From contig CDPCPM010000026.1 of the NCBI GenBank assembly GCA_976551045.1, positions 6,262,001 through 6,326,000 of the forward strand: a stretch of DNA of 64,000 bases, given 5' to 3'. Below the pieces are notes generated by a model. That model made no database searches. It was given only the letters and a program-made list of their open reading frames with translations, and had not been told where the DNA came from. Below are positions 1 through 11,155 of this stretch, piece by piece. Both the position numbers and the translations under genes were made by a program. Within the stretch, counting starts at the first letter, position 1; every line of letters begins with the position of its first letter. The stretch is from Glaucostegus cemiculus. Its lineage: Eukaryota.

Positions 1-195
1 AAATAAAATAGAAACTGTTGGATTTCCTCAGCAAGTCGGATAGCATGCGTAGAGAACAGAAACAGAGTTCATGCTTAGGTTGAAGGATCTCATATTTAAT
101 GAAGGCCCAGCGGTGCGAAAGGCTGACTCTGTTTTGCCTTTCACAGATGTGGCCTGAACAGCTGTGTACTGTCAGCATTTTCTGTCTTGATGTTT
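1..195. mobile_element. Two decayed Penelope-like terminal repeats in inverted (fold-back) arrangement
   Basis: 1-92 resembles the reverse complement of 96-195. The plus half (atgaagg...gaaaggctgactctgtt...cacagatgtggcctga...cagcattttctg) matches the terminal repeat at 7580-7680. Confidence 0.65.
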
Positions 196-1255
196 TTTCT
201 TCCTTTGGATTCCTGATCATTCTGGACTGGAGAGGCAAATCCAAGGGAAAACTATTTGTTTGAATGCAGACAGGCTCCATAGGCCTTCTGTTTATTTTCA
301 GACATCCAAAACACAATATGGTCATATCATAGACATGATGAAGTCAATATTTGAATATAACTTTCAGAATTACCTCTGGACTGGGAAATACCTTGCTTAT
401 GGCACAGCTGGGGTTAATTTCTCTCTAATATTTCAGTTCTTACTATAAAAAGATTCAATAAACCCCACATTAATTTTAAACCATTACTTGAGGAGATTTT
501 TATCTTGCAACCAAACACACTGCCTATATCTTTCTGCTTTGTTGAGCAGCACCCATTATTATCCAGACTTGTTATGATGGTCGACAATCTTTTGTGTTGG
601 TTGACAGACTTTGTGGAATTATGCCAAATAATCACACAACTCAGCAGAAACTCCAAGCCAAAATTTTTAATGGCAACAATAGTTTCACTGGAATGTAAGC
701 AAGGCGACAAAAGAATGGCTTTGTAATATTAGAATATGCCATATTATATTGACTAGGATGTGGACTGCACCAGAATTTCAGGAACTTCCACTGAAAACAT
801 CATAAGAATCTTGGAAGATACATAGAGGCTTTCTAAAGAATTTTCTCAGGATACCAGAGGAGAGATTATATAATATTTAATTTTTAATGATGTTCATGAA
901 ATTATTTGAAAATACTATAACAGATTTATTTAGCGTTCTGTCATTCAGGAGTATGCTGGTCCCTGGTTATATATCAACAACAATAAGGCAATGGTGACAA
1001 AAAAAATCAGTTAATTAATGGCCAGTCATTTTGAGATGACAGTGTATCCCTGATGCAAAGATAGAACATTGTATTCTTCTCAGCTCTGACAGAAAGTGAA
1101 GATGAAATATTAATGTCGGCTTGCTTCTTTTCTCACACCACGGAGAGGTGTTTGGGAAGACTGCTTTCCTGCAGTCAACCCAGCTTTAATTAATCAGGTC
1201 ACTTTCTCTTTCAGCCTACCTCAGATGTGCTTCATCTCTGCAGTGAACAACATAC

Positions 1256-1407
1256 CTGAAAATTCAATCGAAAGCTGTCCAACTAATTTTCGACACCAAT
1301 CCATTGTTCCCTGTGAAGATCAACTCCTTTTGGCATTTGCTTTGAGCATTTGGGTGTTAGGCTATCTGTCTATTGATGCTGTGTTTGCTACCACTTATGT
1401 TTCAGAC
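1256..1407 (-). other. Candidate 152 nt spliced exon (non-coding, or UTR plus first codons)
   Basis: Minus-strand acceptor tttcgttgttttattttgcag|G and donor CAG|gtatgt. All three frames have early stops; an ACAATGG start gives MDWCRKLVGQLSIEFS open to the donor. No homology recognised. Confidence 0.25.
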
Positions 1408-1756
1408 CTGCAAAATAAAACAACGAAAGGGATTCATACTGGGTAGTGCCAAGCAGGTTACTCAGTTCAAGTACTAGTTAAAGCCACTCTGAGGTAATTT
1501 ATAAAGCTATTTTTTTAGAGTACCTGTATTTGCAAATCATTACATGAATAATTTACATAATTTTGACTGTGTTGTTAGTGGTAATCAAGAGACCAATTGT
1601 ACAGCCAGATCTTTATTCTGTCATATTCTCCATACTATAGCAGCCCATTAATGTGGTTCTGTTTTCAGTGATCTTCATTGACTCCCTTATTGTTCAAAAC
1701 GATGCATCATTTCACTGTTCTACATCATTACAGCAGCATAGTCATTAAATTACTGG

Positions 1757-2010
1757 ATGAGCAGCCATAGTTCTGGACCATTGATTCAGAGACATGAGTT
1801 CGAATCCCACCTTGGCAGCTGTGGAAATTTAAATTCAAGTAATTAAACAAAACATGGAATTCAAACAAAAAAAGCTAGTCTTAGGAATGGTATCAATAAA
1901 GCCACTGAGTGGTTGACGTAACTGCTTCTTTGATTCAAGGGTTTTTAAGGATAGATAATGAAAGCCAGTTTTGCCAATGATGTCCATTTCCTGTCAACAA
2001 ATACATTAAA
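1757..2010 (+). mobile_element. tRNA-derived SINE-like repeat (family A), internally deleted
   Basis: B-box gagttcgaatccc at 1796-1808, followed by ggcagctgtggaaatttaaattc. Shares blocks with 9905, 29385(-) and 30950. A-rich end. Confidence 0.7.
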
Positions 2011-2359
2011 ACAAAGAACTTTCAGCATAGATTACCATGGACCATTTTTGTTAACTTCTTCCCACTACAGAGCTTAAGCAAAGAGATTCAGAAGGAAACA
2101 ATCAGCACAAAGTATAGAGCTATTGAAAGGTGCAGAGGGAAATCAATACAGAAGGCGGATTGCAAAGTATTTCAGTGGGGTGCAGAAACTTAATTCATTT
2201 GTACAGAAACAAGTAATCTTCAGTGTGATATCTAATAATGGTAGGAGTAGGCAAGCAATCTTTTATCATATTAATAATCTGTAAATTGATAGATAAGGGG
2301 CATTGTGAAAGTAAATGTTGTCTATATGCATTTTGACAGCTATATTTTCATGTTTCAAA

Positions 2360-2394
2360 ACCCACTATGTTAGTGAAAGACGAACATAGTGGGT
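2360..2394. repeat. Perfect 12 bp inverted repeat with 11 nt loop
   Basis: acccactatgtt (2360-2371) / aacatagtgggt (2383-2394). Confidence 0.9.
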
Positions 2395-3898
2395 CAGCAC
2401 ATTGTTAGGTTTGATCTGAACCTGGCTCTGGATCCATCCCCCAAGGCAGGTAAATAAGCCTTCACCTAAGATGTCTTAATTAAGTAGCCATCAACAATTT
2501 CCATTGATGGCTAATGAGCAAATATTAATTTTATAAAATTTAAGCATAATTGGTCCTAGATTTACCCCTTAAATCAAAACAGTAAGCAAGGTGATCATTA
2601 TTAATATACTCTTTGCCAATGGCAGAGGCCAAGGTTCACTGAGATTTCATGCCAAAATAGCTTCAAAGCATAATATTGTTCATTTTGGGTTACAACATGG
2701 AATTCAAAATTCCATTCACTGGCATTCACCATGTTAAGAAGCATGAAATCCCCTTTTTCAACAGAGAAGTAACCTGCTTTTAAGGTCAGATGACTCTCCT
2801 ACAAAGAAGCTTTATGCATTCTGTACCTTGTCATTTTTTGCCTGTGCAAACCTAACACAGTTCAGTCAAGACATCTTTCTGAAAAGATATCTGGCCAGGT
2901 AAAACTGGCCACCATGTGAAAGCATGACTATAATTGCTGTAGCTTGTATGGAGAGGGTACCATATTGTGTGAGCTTTTACAACCCACCAGCAAATCACAA
3001 TTATGTGAGAATATGTGGCATTCCTAACTATCAGGCATTAGAACTTCTAGACTTTAGAACCTTATTGTTCCTAACTTTACTATACCATTGGGAATGAGCT
3101 ATCTATCATGATGCCATATAATGCAGAACTGAATATTCTAAATGTTCCTGGTTAATGACACATTTAAGAATTCAGAAAATGTTATATTTGGCAGATGTTA
3201 TGTTGGCAGTTTATAATATTTCATGCAATATATGATCCACTATGCAACCTCATTTTTAATGATAAGGTTTTGGCAATAAAGCGTATTAAAGCATATGGAA
3301 GCATTTGGAGGCTACCAATACATGAAACATACGGGCCCTTTGTCCAAAATCCAGTACCCTCAAGACCAAGGCAATGCCAGATTTCAGAATTTCCCAACAA
3401 TGTATGCATAGTGTTTTGTCCTCACTCAATAGGTTATAACTCATGCTTTCTATTTGCAATGCTACCCCTGAGGGTACCTTCTGGACTTTTGACTAATAAA
3501 CAGGAAGTCACCTAGCAGAGCTTGTGCTGGGTCAGGTAGGTTCAAGGGTTATATGGGTGGGTTCAGAGAGGGAACATGACTAAAGTTTACACATAAAAAA
3601 ACAGTGACATCTTTAACAGTTGGTGAGCTTTGGCTGGATTGTGCTCACCTCTTGCTAGCAGGTACATTGGGAACCACCAACTATCCCCTCCACACTGTGC
3701 AGCTCATCACTGACTTCCACACCTGCCAATTGAAATACAGCAGTTAGAGATGAGCTGGAATTTAGATGCTGGCACATTTGACCTCTCACTTCACCACGGA
3801 CCTGTCGCTGAACCCAAGGATGGAATACACATGTACTGAACAGTGGGGAATATTGAACCTCCCATCTGGCCCCCCAGATTTGATAGCCTAATTTCAGA

Positions 3899-4190
3899 AG
3901 TTAGCGTAACACTATTACAGCGCCAGCGACCCAGGTGCAATCCCCACTGCTGTCTGTAAGGAGTTTGTACGTTCTCCCCGTGTCTGTGTGGGTTTCCTCC
4001 AGGTGCTCCAATTTCCTCCCCCACATTCCAAAGATGTACGGGCTAGGAGTAGTGGATGTGCTTTCTTGACACCAGAAGGGTGGTGACACTTGCGGGGCTG
4101 CCCCCAAAACACTCTACTCAAAGGATGTATTTCACTGTGTGTTGCGATGTATATGTGACTTATAAAGATATCTGATCTTATCTTATCTTA
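3899..4190 (+). mobile_element. V-SINE (HE1-like) with Rex1-type 3' tail
   Basis: tRNA-like head, V-domain ggagtttgtacgttctccccgtgtctgtgtgggtttcctccaggtgctcc...cccacattccaaaga, and (tctta)n tail. Confidence 0.88.
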
Positions 4191-6309
4191 AATAAGGTTA
4201 CAGACTGAGGAGAGGACAGATGGGAGGTTTACTTATCTTTATTTTACTTTGTGATTTTAAATGATCTTTAGAACTGTAAGACATAGTTTATTGATTTTAT
4301 TTTTAAATTAACTAAGCCCATTGTCATTTAGAGAATATAAGACCAACTGAAGGTCTGTGACAGCACCATCAGGGTGTTTCAGGGGTAGGGTCTCAGGGTA
4401 TGCAGTTTAAGCTCTGTGTAGCACTCACAAATTCCTCCACTTTGTGATACTCTTGAGCACAAACGGTCAGTTCTGTATCCAACTCTGAGCTCTCTGGGTG
4501 GCAGGTTCTGGCAGTGAGCTGGATCCAGTGCATCTGGCCACTTATACTGAGAGAGGACCAGCACTAAGGCAGCATTGACCTGGGAGTTGGCACCCAGTGA
4601 TCTTGGGGTAAGACAGTATTTATGGTTAAATAATGTTGGGTATGTATCGAATTAGTTCATTTGTTACCAAGTGGATGGCATTCAGCCCAACACAGGGATT
4701 AAACTCCTGCCAGTGCTGGTGAGCAACAATACCCCTCTATGCCAACACTAACTTGAAGGAGTTCAGCAGTTTTACTGCAGTCCTACTGAAGAAGGTACAC
4801 AATGTCCACAATGTCGTGCAGACTTTAATTTCACACAAGCACAGAGAAGACATGGTGAGGGTGCCCAGTATTGCAGTCACGGGGTGCTCCTGTGAGGGCC
4901 AGACACACCAGAAGTGAAATTCATAAAAATAAGCAACACAAAATTTGGATCCCACCTTATATTCTGCTCTTTTCTCTTTTATAGTCATCCTGTGCTATCA
5001 CCCAAAACGAATTTCTATAAATTTACTTAAAGTACCATGAAGTGGACATGTTTGACACTTGGTATAAGAAAAACAATGCCCTTCCTTTCCCCATTACTGA
5101 CCTCCTCAAATTGATCAACATAAACAAAAACTGTTTGAATTATTATTTGAGGTGGATTAAATAGGACTGAAATAAATCAATTGTTGTGATCCCTTTCTGG
5201 AGTATGGCCATGATTTTTGCAGAAGGACTATGTCCTGTCTTCTTAAAAAGGTCATTGAATGTGACACACAGTTTGGGGGTTGGGACATTAATCTACAATG
5301 ACAAGCAGAAACCTTTACTGGTTCACAATACAAAAACATCTCTGAATACAACAAAGGACGATTTCACAATTTTTTTCTCAAACAGGCCTGATTAATTGGA
5401 TTCTTTGTATCTGCAAATTGAAAGCTCACTACTACCTGGTTGTTCTTCAGACCAGCAAACCTCTTGGGACGTGAAAGTTTGGACAAGAGCCTGGGACATG
5501 AGAGCCCAGACTATTGTGTGTAGTGAACTGTAAAAAGCCATTCAAAGGAAAAACACCACACATTCTTTATTTATTTGTAGTGAAATATTTATCTGTGACA
5601 TGAGGCTTTGGTAATAGCTCGTCCCTCTTTTCAGCTCTCCAATGAATAGAGACATTTTTAGAACGAGCGCTTAATATATCTCCCAAGTGAATAATTCAAT
5701 TTTGCACACTTTGAAATGTGCTGTATTGACCTGAAAGCCAAACTGTTGTGTTTCTGCTTGAAAAAAAATCAAACTCTCCAATTTCTTTGTACTTTGAGAA
5801 TAAGCGCACAGCTAAATTGTTAATATTTGGATTGATAAATACAAACAACCAACAGATCCTTGTAGTGCTGGACTTCTGCATTAATTCTGCATTAGTTCTA
5901 GTACAAAAAACAGCCAATATCATCTAATGCCCTTTGTAATAAGAACATATAAAAACATTTAAAAGTAGAAAAATTATGATCTTATATGACCAGGTAAATT
6001 ATGAAACATTCATAAGCTGAGATGTAATTTTTCAGATCTCTCCTCTTGCAAGCAAATTATGTTGAAACTTTTAAACTCAGGGAGTAATGCTCCATATACA
6101 GATTACTCCCAACAGATTATTTTTTCTGATGATTATCCTTTCATTTGTATTCACCTCTTGAGCACATTGCATCTGCATAAAGCACAAGTGACATTTGGGC
6201 TTTGGCATCTGTTAAAATTTAAAGTTGAATCATGTCCTCAAGCTTATGGAAAATCAGCAACAGAGAGTTAAAATTATGAACTGTGATGAAGCATAATCTC
6301 AATGAATCT

Positions 6310-6505
6310 GCACCATGCATGCATATTGGGATTATCTCACATAAATACTTGGACTTCAACGTAGTAGTTCCTCAAGCCAGCAACACCAAGCCTTACAACC
6401 TCTTCCATCATCTGTGCTTCAGTCTTGAGTCATTATCAGCTGTGGTGTAAAGGGTACAGCAGAGCCCTGCCACAGTGCCCTTCAAAAGCCTACTACTTGC
6501 CAGTG
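6310..6505 (+). mobile_element. Highly decayed non-LTR RT C-terminal fragment
   Basis: Weak similarity to the reverse complement of the LINE relic at 40630-41215. Confidence 0.3.
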
Positions 6506-6792
6506 TGCTGTGATTTGACATTAAATTCCACAAGAAAAACATACAGCATTTCTTAAAAAGCAAATTTACAATAAAAATTTTCAGTCAGATCACTCCTGAC
6601 TTGACCTGTTATTACAAATGTGTCTTTAAAAAAGCAGTCTCTTTTGAATATCTTGTACGTAACTGAAAAGTATGGCAGACAAGCTTCGTCCCATGTATTG
6701 TACAGCTTGCAGAATGTGGGAATTCAAAGATGCTCCTGGCAGTCTGGGTGATCACATCTCAGGAGGTGCTTCCATTATGTCCACTTCAGGGA

Positions 6793-7715
6793 GAAACAAA
6801 GGACTACAGATGCTGGAATCTAGATGTAAAACAGGGTGATGTTGGAGGAAGTCAGCAGGCCAGGCAGCATCTGTGGAGAAAAGAAGGCGGTCAACTTATC
6901 CTGAAATGTTAACCCCCTTCCTTTCTCCTCGGATGCTGCTTCAGAACTTGGTTTTAGAGCTTGAGTGCTGACTAGAGGCATTACGATGCATCTGTCCCTT
7001 TTCTCTCTTCCCCTGATCTACCCAGTTCCTCCAACATCCACCCTACTCTCAGCTCCCCATCACCCTGGTTACCCAGTCCCTACTCCACCTTCGCTCCGGT
7101 TCCCCTGAACTACCCAGTTCCTACTCCACCCACTCCATCTGCCCATCACTCACACACTTCTCCCACTTGTGTCCCCTCCCCCTACTGTTCCCATCTACCC
7201 ACCCCACCTCCCTTATTTGGCTCCATTCTTCACCTTCCTTCCCCATCATCTGCAGCCTTTTGTTATATCCACCTATTACCTCCCAGTCTCTGTCACTATT
7301 CCCACTCTTCCCTCCTCCATCTGCCTCTCACCCCTTCTCTCCTGGATCCTCCTATCGCTTGCCAGCTCTTGCTTCACCTCTTCCCCTCACCTGACTCTCT
7401 CCGCTCTATATTTCAGTGTAGATTAAGGGTGTCATCCTTCCACTGATGCTGCCTGATCTTGCTTTTAACTTTGTTTATAATTTATCCCCATGGTAACCCT
7501 GGTGTTACCCTATTAGAGACATCACCCTCCCCTACCCCTCCCTGTGGCTGAACAAGCTTCTTTTCTCTCCTTTTCAGGTCTGATGAAGGGTCTCCGATCT
7601 GAAACAGTGACTCTGTTTCCCTTCCCACAGACGCTGCCTGACTTGATAAGTATTTCCAGCACTTTTCGTTCTTGTTTTAGACTTCCAGCGCCTGCAGGTT
7701 TTTTTTTTGATTTTC
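6793..7715. mobile_element. Cluster of Penelope-like terminal repeat fragments
   Basis: Minus-strand terminus (cagatgctggaatctagatg...cagcaggccaggcagcatctgtggag), CT-rich 3' UTR at 6990-7420 similar to 18300-18640, and a plus terminus with ctgatgaagggtctccgatctgaaac at 7580. Confidence 0.8.
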
Positions 7716-7724
7716 ACTGACCAG

Positions 7725-9768
7725 GAGAAGAGCTGGATGCACTAGGGACCAAAAGGTAATCTGTATAGAGCCTGAAGATTTAGGCAAGGTTTTAAATAAG
7801 TATATTTCATCAGTATACACTAAAGATAAGGACATTTGTAGTTGGAATTCAGAAAGGTGATTGGTGAAATTCTAGAAGGTGTTATCATTAAGAAGGAGGT
7901 TGTAGATATCTTAGCTGTCGTGAAGGTGGATCAATCTCTAGGGGGCCTGATGATGTGGATCCCAGGCTGTTATAGCAAGCAAGGTAGGAGATTAATCCAG
8001 TCTCTCAAGATGCTGGGGCTGCTGGGGCTCTGGAAGAGATGGTTAAATCTTTGCTGGCCAAATGATTGGAGGACAGCAAATAAAGTACCTTTATTCAAAA
8101 GGGATAAAGGAGGGATAAGCCAAATAATTGAGTTTAACATTAGTGGCAGGGAAGTTATTGGAAAAGTCCTGAGAGTCTGCACTTGGAAAGGCAGGGATTA
8201 ATCAAAAATTGTCATCTTTGTTAGGAGCATATCCTGTTTGACCAATATGAAGAAGGCAGTGTGTTTGATGGATTTCAGTAAGGCCTTTGACAAGGTCCCA
8301 CATGGAACACTCGTCGAAAAGGTTAAGCCCATGGGATGAAGGGAAAGCTGGCTTGGTGACAGTAGGCAGAGGGTGATGATGCAGGGTTTTTGTTAGGACC
8401 AGAAGCCCGTAACCTGAGCTCTACCACAGCAACAACAAACAACTTGCTGGAGGAACTCAGCAGGTTGAGCACAGGGATTGGGACTGGAACTCTTACTGTT
8501 TGTTACATACATTAACAATTTGGGTGTGAGTGCCAGAGGTATGATTAGTAAGTTCACAGAAGACATGTAAATTGGTTGTGTTGTTGGTATGGACTACCAT
8601 AATCTTTAGACAGTATTGATGAGGTGGTAAAATGGGCAAAGGAATTGCAGATGGAACTTAATCCTGTTAAGTGTGAGGTGATGCATTTTTGGAGGATGAA
8701 TAAGGCTAGGATATACACAATGAATGGTAGGATCTTAGCGGGTATTGAGGAGCGGAGGGGCCTTGCTTAGGACCCCCATCAGCAGGGCCATGCCCTCTTC
8801 TCATTGTTGCCATCATGCAGCAGGTACAGGAGACACAAGAGATTCTGCAGAATCTGGAATCTGGAGACAAGAGATTCTGCAGATTCAGGAGGTACAGGAG
8901 CCTGAAAACCCACACCTCAAGAGTCAACAACAGCTTCTTCCCCACTGCCATCAGGTTCTTGAATCAACCTGAAGAACCCTAATTCTATCTCAGACTATAT
9001 TTCCCTCAGATTGCACTAATGTCATAGTGTTTATATTTGTTTATTCTGTTGTGTCAGTTATGTATATTTTTTGTTGATTTATGTTTATGTAATTTATGTT
9101 TGTCATGTTTGTAATGCACTCTGCTGATGCTGGAATAAACTAAGTTTCATGGCGTTTATAGCTTGGGTATGTACGCTATCATCAGCTGTAAGGGTATGAA
9201 GGAAATGGTACAATTTTATGAACCATTAGTTTGGCCACATCTGGAGCACCCTGGTCAACACACTATAGGAAGGACATGATTGTAATGGAGAGGGTGCAGG
9301 GGACATTTACCAAGAGGACATTTACTGAGATGGAGTTGTCAGCTGTAGAAGAAACTGATAGGCTGGATTTGTTTTCCTTGGAGTGGAGGAGGCAGAGGGG
9401 AGACCCGACTGAGGTATACAAAATTATGAGAGGCATACGTAGGGTAGATAGAAAGAAACTTTTTCCCAAAGAAGAGGTGACCCACACCAGACAGCATATG
9501 TTTAAGGTAAAGCCTGGGAGGATTAGAGGGGAGTTAAGGAAGATTTTTTTTTCCACACAGAGTATAATCTGGAACGCACTGCCTGATTGGGTGGTTGAAG
9601 CAAAGATTCTCACAGCATTTAAGAAGTATCAAGAGAAGAATTTGAATCACCAAGGCATAGAAGACTACAGACCAAGTGCTGGTAAATGGGATTAGTGCAG
9701 AGAAGTATTCAGTACTTGTAATGGGCATGGTGGGCTGAAGTGCCTGCTTCTGTTCTGTATGACACTAT
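7725..9768 (+). mobile_element. CR1 LINE, 5'-truncated, frameshifted, with nested insertions
   Basis: ORF2 pieces DWRTANKVPLFK, DFSKAFDKVPH (gatttcagtaaggcctttgacaaggtcccacat), RGDPTEVYKIMRG and IWNALP; CR1 3' end gggctgaagtgcctgcttctgttctgtatgac. Confidence 0.9.
8886..9180 (+). mobile_element. Rex1/Babar LINE 3' end nested in CR1
   Basis: RRYRSLKTHTSRVNNSFFPTAIRFLN-type C-terminus; same family as 51919-52345(-). Confidence 0.8.
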
Positions 9769-9807
9769 CAAAATATTATAACTAAATATTGTTCTGGTAT
9801 TAAAAAA

Positions 9808-9905
9808 AGTATTGGATTTACTTAGCAACTTTCATCTCCTCTAAATGTCCTATAGTGCTTCGTGGTCAATGAAGTACTTCTGATGCAGAGCCCTTATTGT
9901 AATGT
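9808..9905 (-). mobile_element. DeuSINE/L2-type 3' tail fragment
   Basis: gtcctatagtgcttcgtggtcaatgaagtacttctgatgcagagcccttattgtaatgt resembles the reverse of the AmnSINE1/SacSINE1 3' part. Confidence 0.55.
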
Positions 9906-11062
9906 GTTATGGTATGATAACTGGACCAGTCATCCAGAGTCTTGGAGTAATGCTCTGAGATGTAAATTTAATTTCTAAGCTTAATTAAATGATCTGGAGT
10001 TTTAAAGGAACACTGGAATGTGGGACTACCTGGTTCATGAATGTCTTTTGAAGGGGGAAATATGCCACTCAGTCTGACCCATTTGTGACTCTAGACTCAG
10101 AATGATTTGATTGTTAACTGTCCTCTGAAGTGATTAAGCAAGTAAGCCAATTGCATCAACCTCATGTTAAATAATAAGAATAACCAACAAAGATTTATTT
10201 AGTAGATTTGAACATAGCAAAGAAGCTCGCAGCCAAGTCAAAACTCTGATTTCCAAATTCAGAGATCTGCCCCACAACCCAGTCAAGCAACACCTACGCT
10301 GCACTCAGATTTGTATCTCTCAGTCAAAGGTCCAGACTTGCCAATCACATTGCCTGGGTACATCCGATCCAACCAGAGGTAGCGACACAGTCCAGGATGA
10401 GTTGCCTTGGGACCCCCCAAGCATCATCTCCATATTCCATGAAGTCACATTGCATTGATTCAAAGGCAGGCAAACAACCCTTCTGCTGATTAAGAGCTAA
10501 CTTCCTTCCTAAGTCGATGCATGCTAAATGCCTCTTGGAGGAAAAACTGAGAATCACAAGGCCACTGTCATGATTCTGAGTACTAGCCCTTGATTTGGTT
10601 CCTTAGATGCCTCATTGTACAGCACATGGATTCCATGCTGGACTGATTGCATAATGACACACACCTGAGCCCCATCAGTGGCCTAGCATAGGTACCTGGG
10701 TTTCTCTAGCACTAGTTGCCAGAGAATTGGTCAACCCTGAAGATTCAGTTTGGTTCGTAGCTGCTTAGAGTGGTCTACTCTAGCTCAGTCCTGTGTTCTC
10801 TAGTCCTGCTTGAAGATTCAGTTTGTGTTGGGATTACTACTCAGCTCTCTGAGGTAAGATTTCCTTCCAGTGTTGCCTGCCTCTGGTCCTGAGGAAGTAT
10901 CCTAACTTTTACCAGTGTGCCACATTTGGGTTCTCTGTGATCTTGCTCTTCAATCAACATTGTGACAGCCACAAAATATAATGTGAGTGGGGACTTCAAT
11001 GTCCATTATCATAAATGGCACAGTCATGCCATGGGTGATCAAGTTGTCCAAGTCCTGAAGGA
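9905..11062 (+). mobile_element. Family A SINE-like head continuing into an APE endonuclease relic of a LINE, split by a solo LTR
   Basis: Head at 9905-10160 matches 30950-31240. Removing 10566-10972 gives gaggaaaaactgagaatcacaaggccacaaaatataatgtgagtggggacttcaatgtccat, which ends in the APE motif VGDFNVH. Confidence 0.7.
10566..10967. mobile_element. Solo LTR (402 bp), probably Gypsy-type
   Basis: Ends TGTCA...TGACA; exact 5 bp TSD gccac at 10561-10565 and 10968-10972. Confidence 0.85.
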
Positions 11063-11067
11063 TTATA

Positions 11068-11155
11068 TTAATCAGGAATAGTAGGAGGCCACCCAGTCCC
11101 TCTAGCCTGCTCTGCTATTTAACAAGATCATGGCTGATCGAATCATAACCTCAAC
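11068..11155 (-). mobile_element. CR1 3' end fragment
   Basis: ggaatagtaggaggccacccagtccctctagcctgctctgctatttaacaagatcatggctgatc, similar to 34960-35030. Confidence 0.65.

Noticed and set aside
1780-1830. tRNA gene suggested by a perfect B-box
   Set aside because: No cloverleaf; it continues into a repeat body shared with three other copies.
4752-4895. Short frame containing CPQCR, like the end of a RING finger
   Set aside because: Bounded by stops, lacks the other RING ligands and has no convincing splice sites.
7576-7612. Active hammerhead
   Set aside because: CTGATGA and GAAA are present, but the UH site and stem III palindrome are lost (GAAACAGT) and stem I is mismatched.
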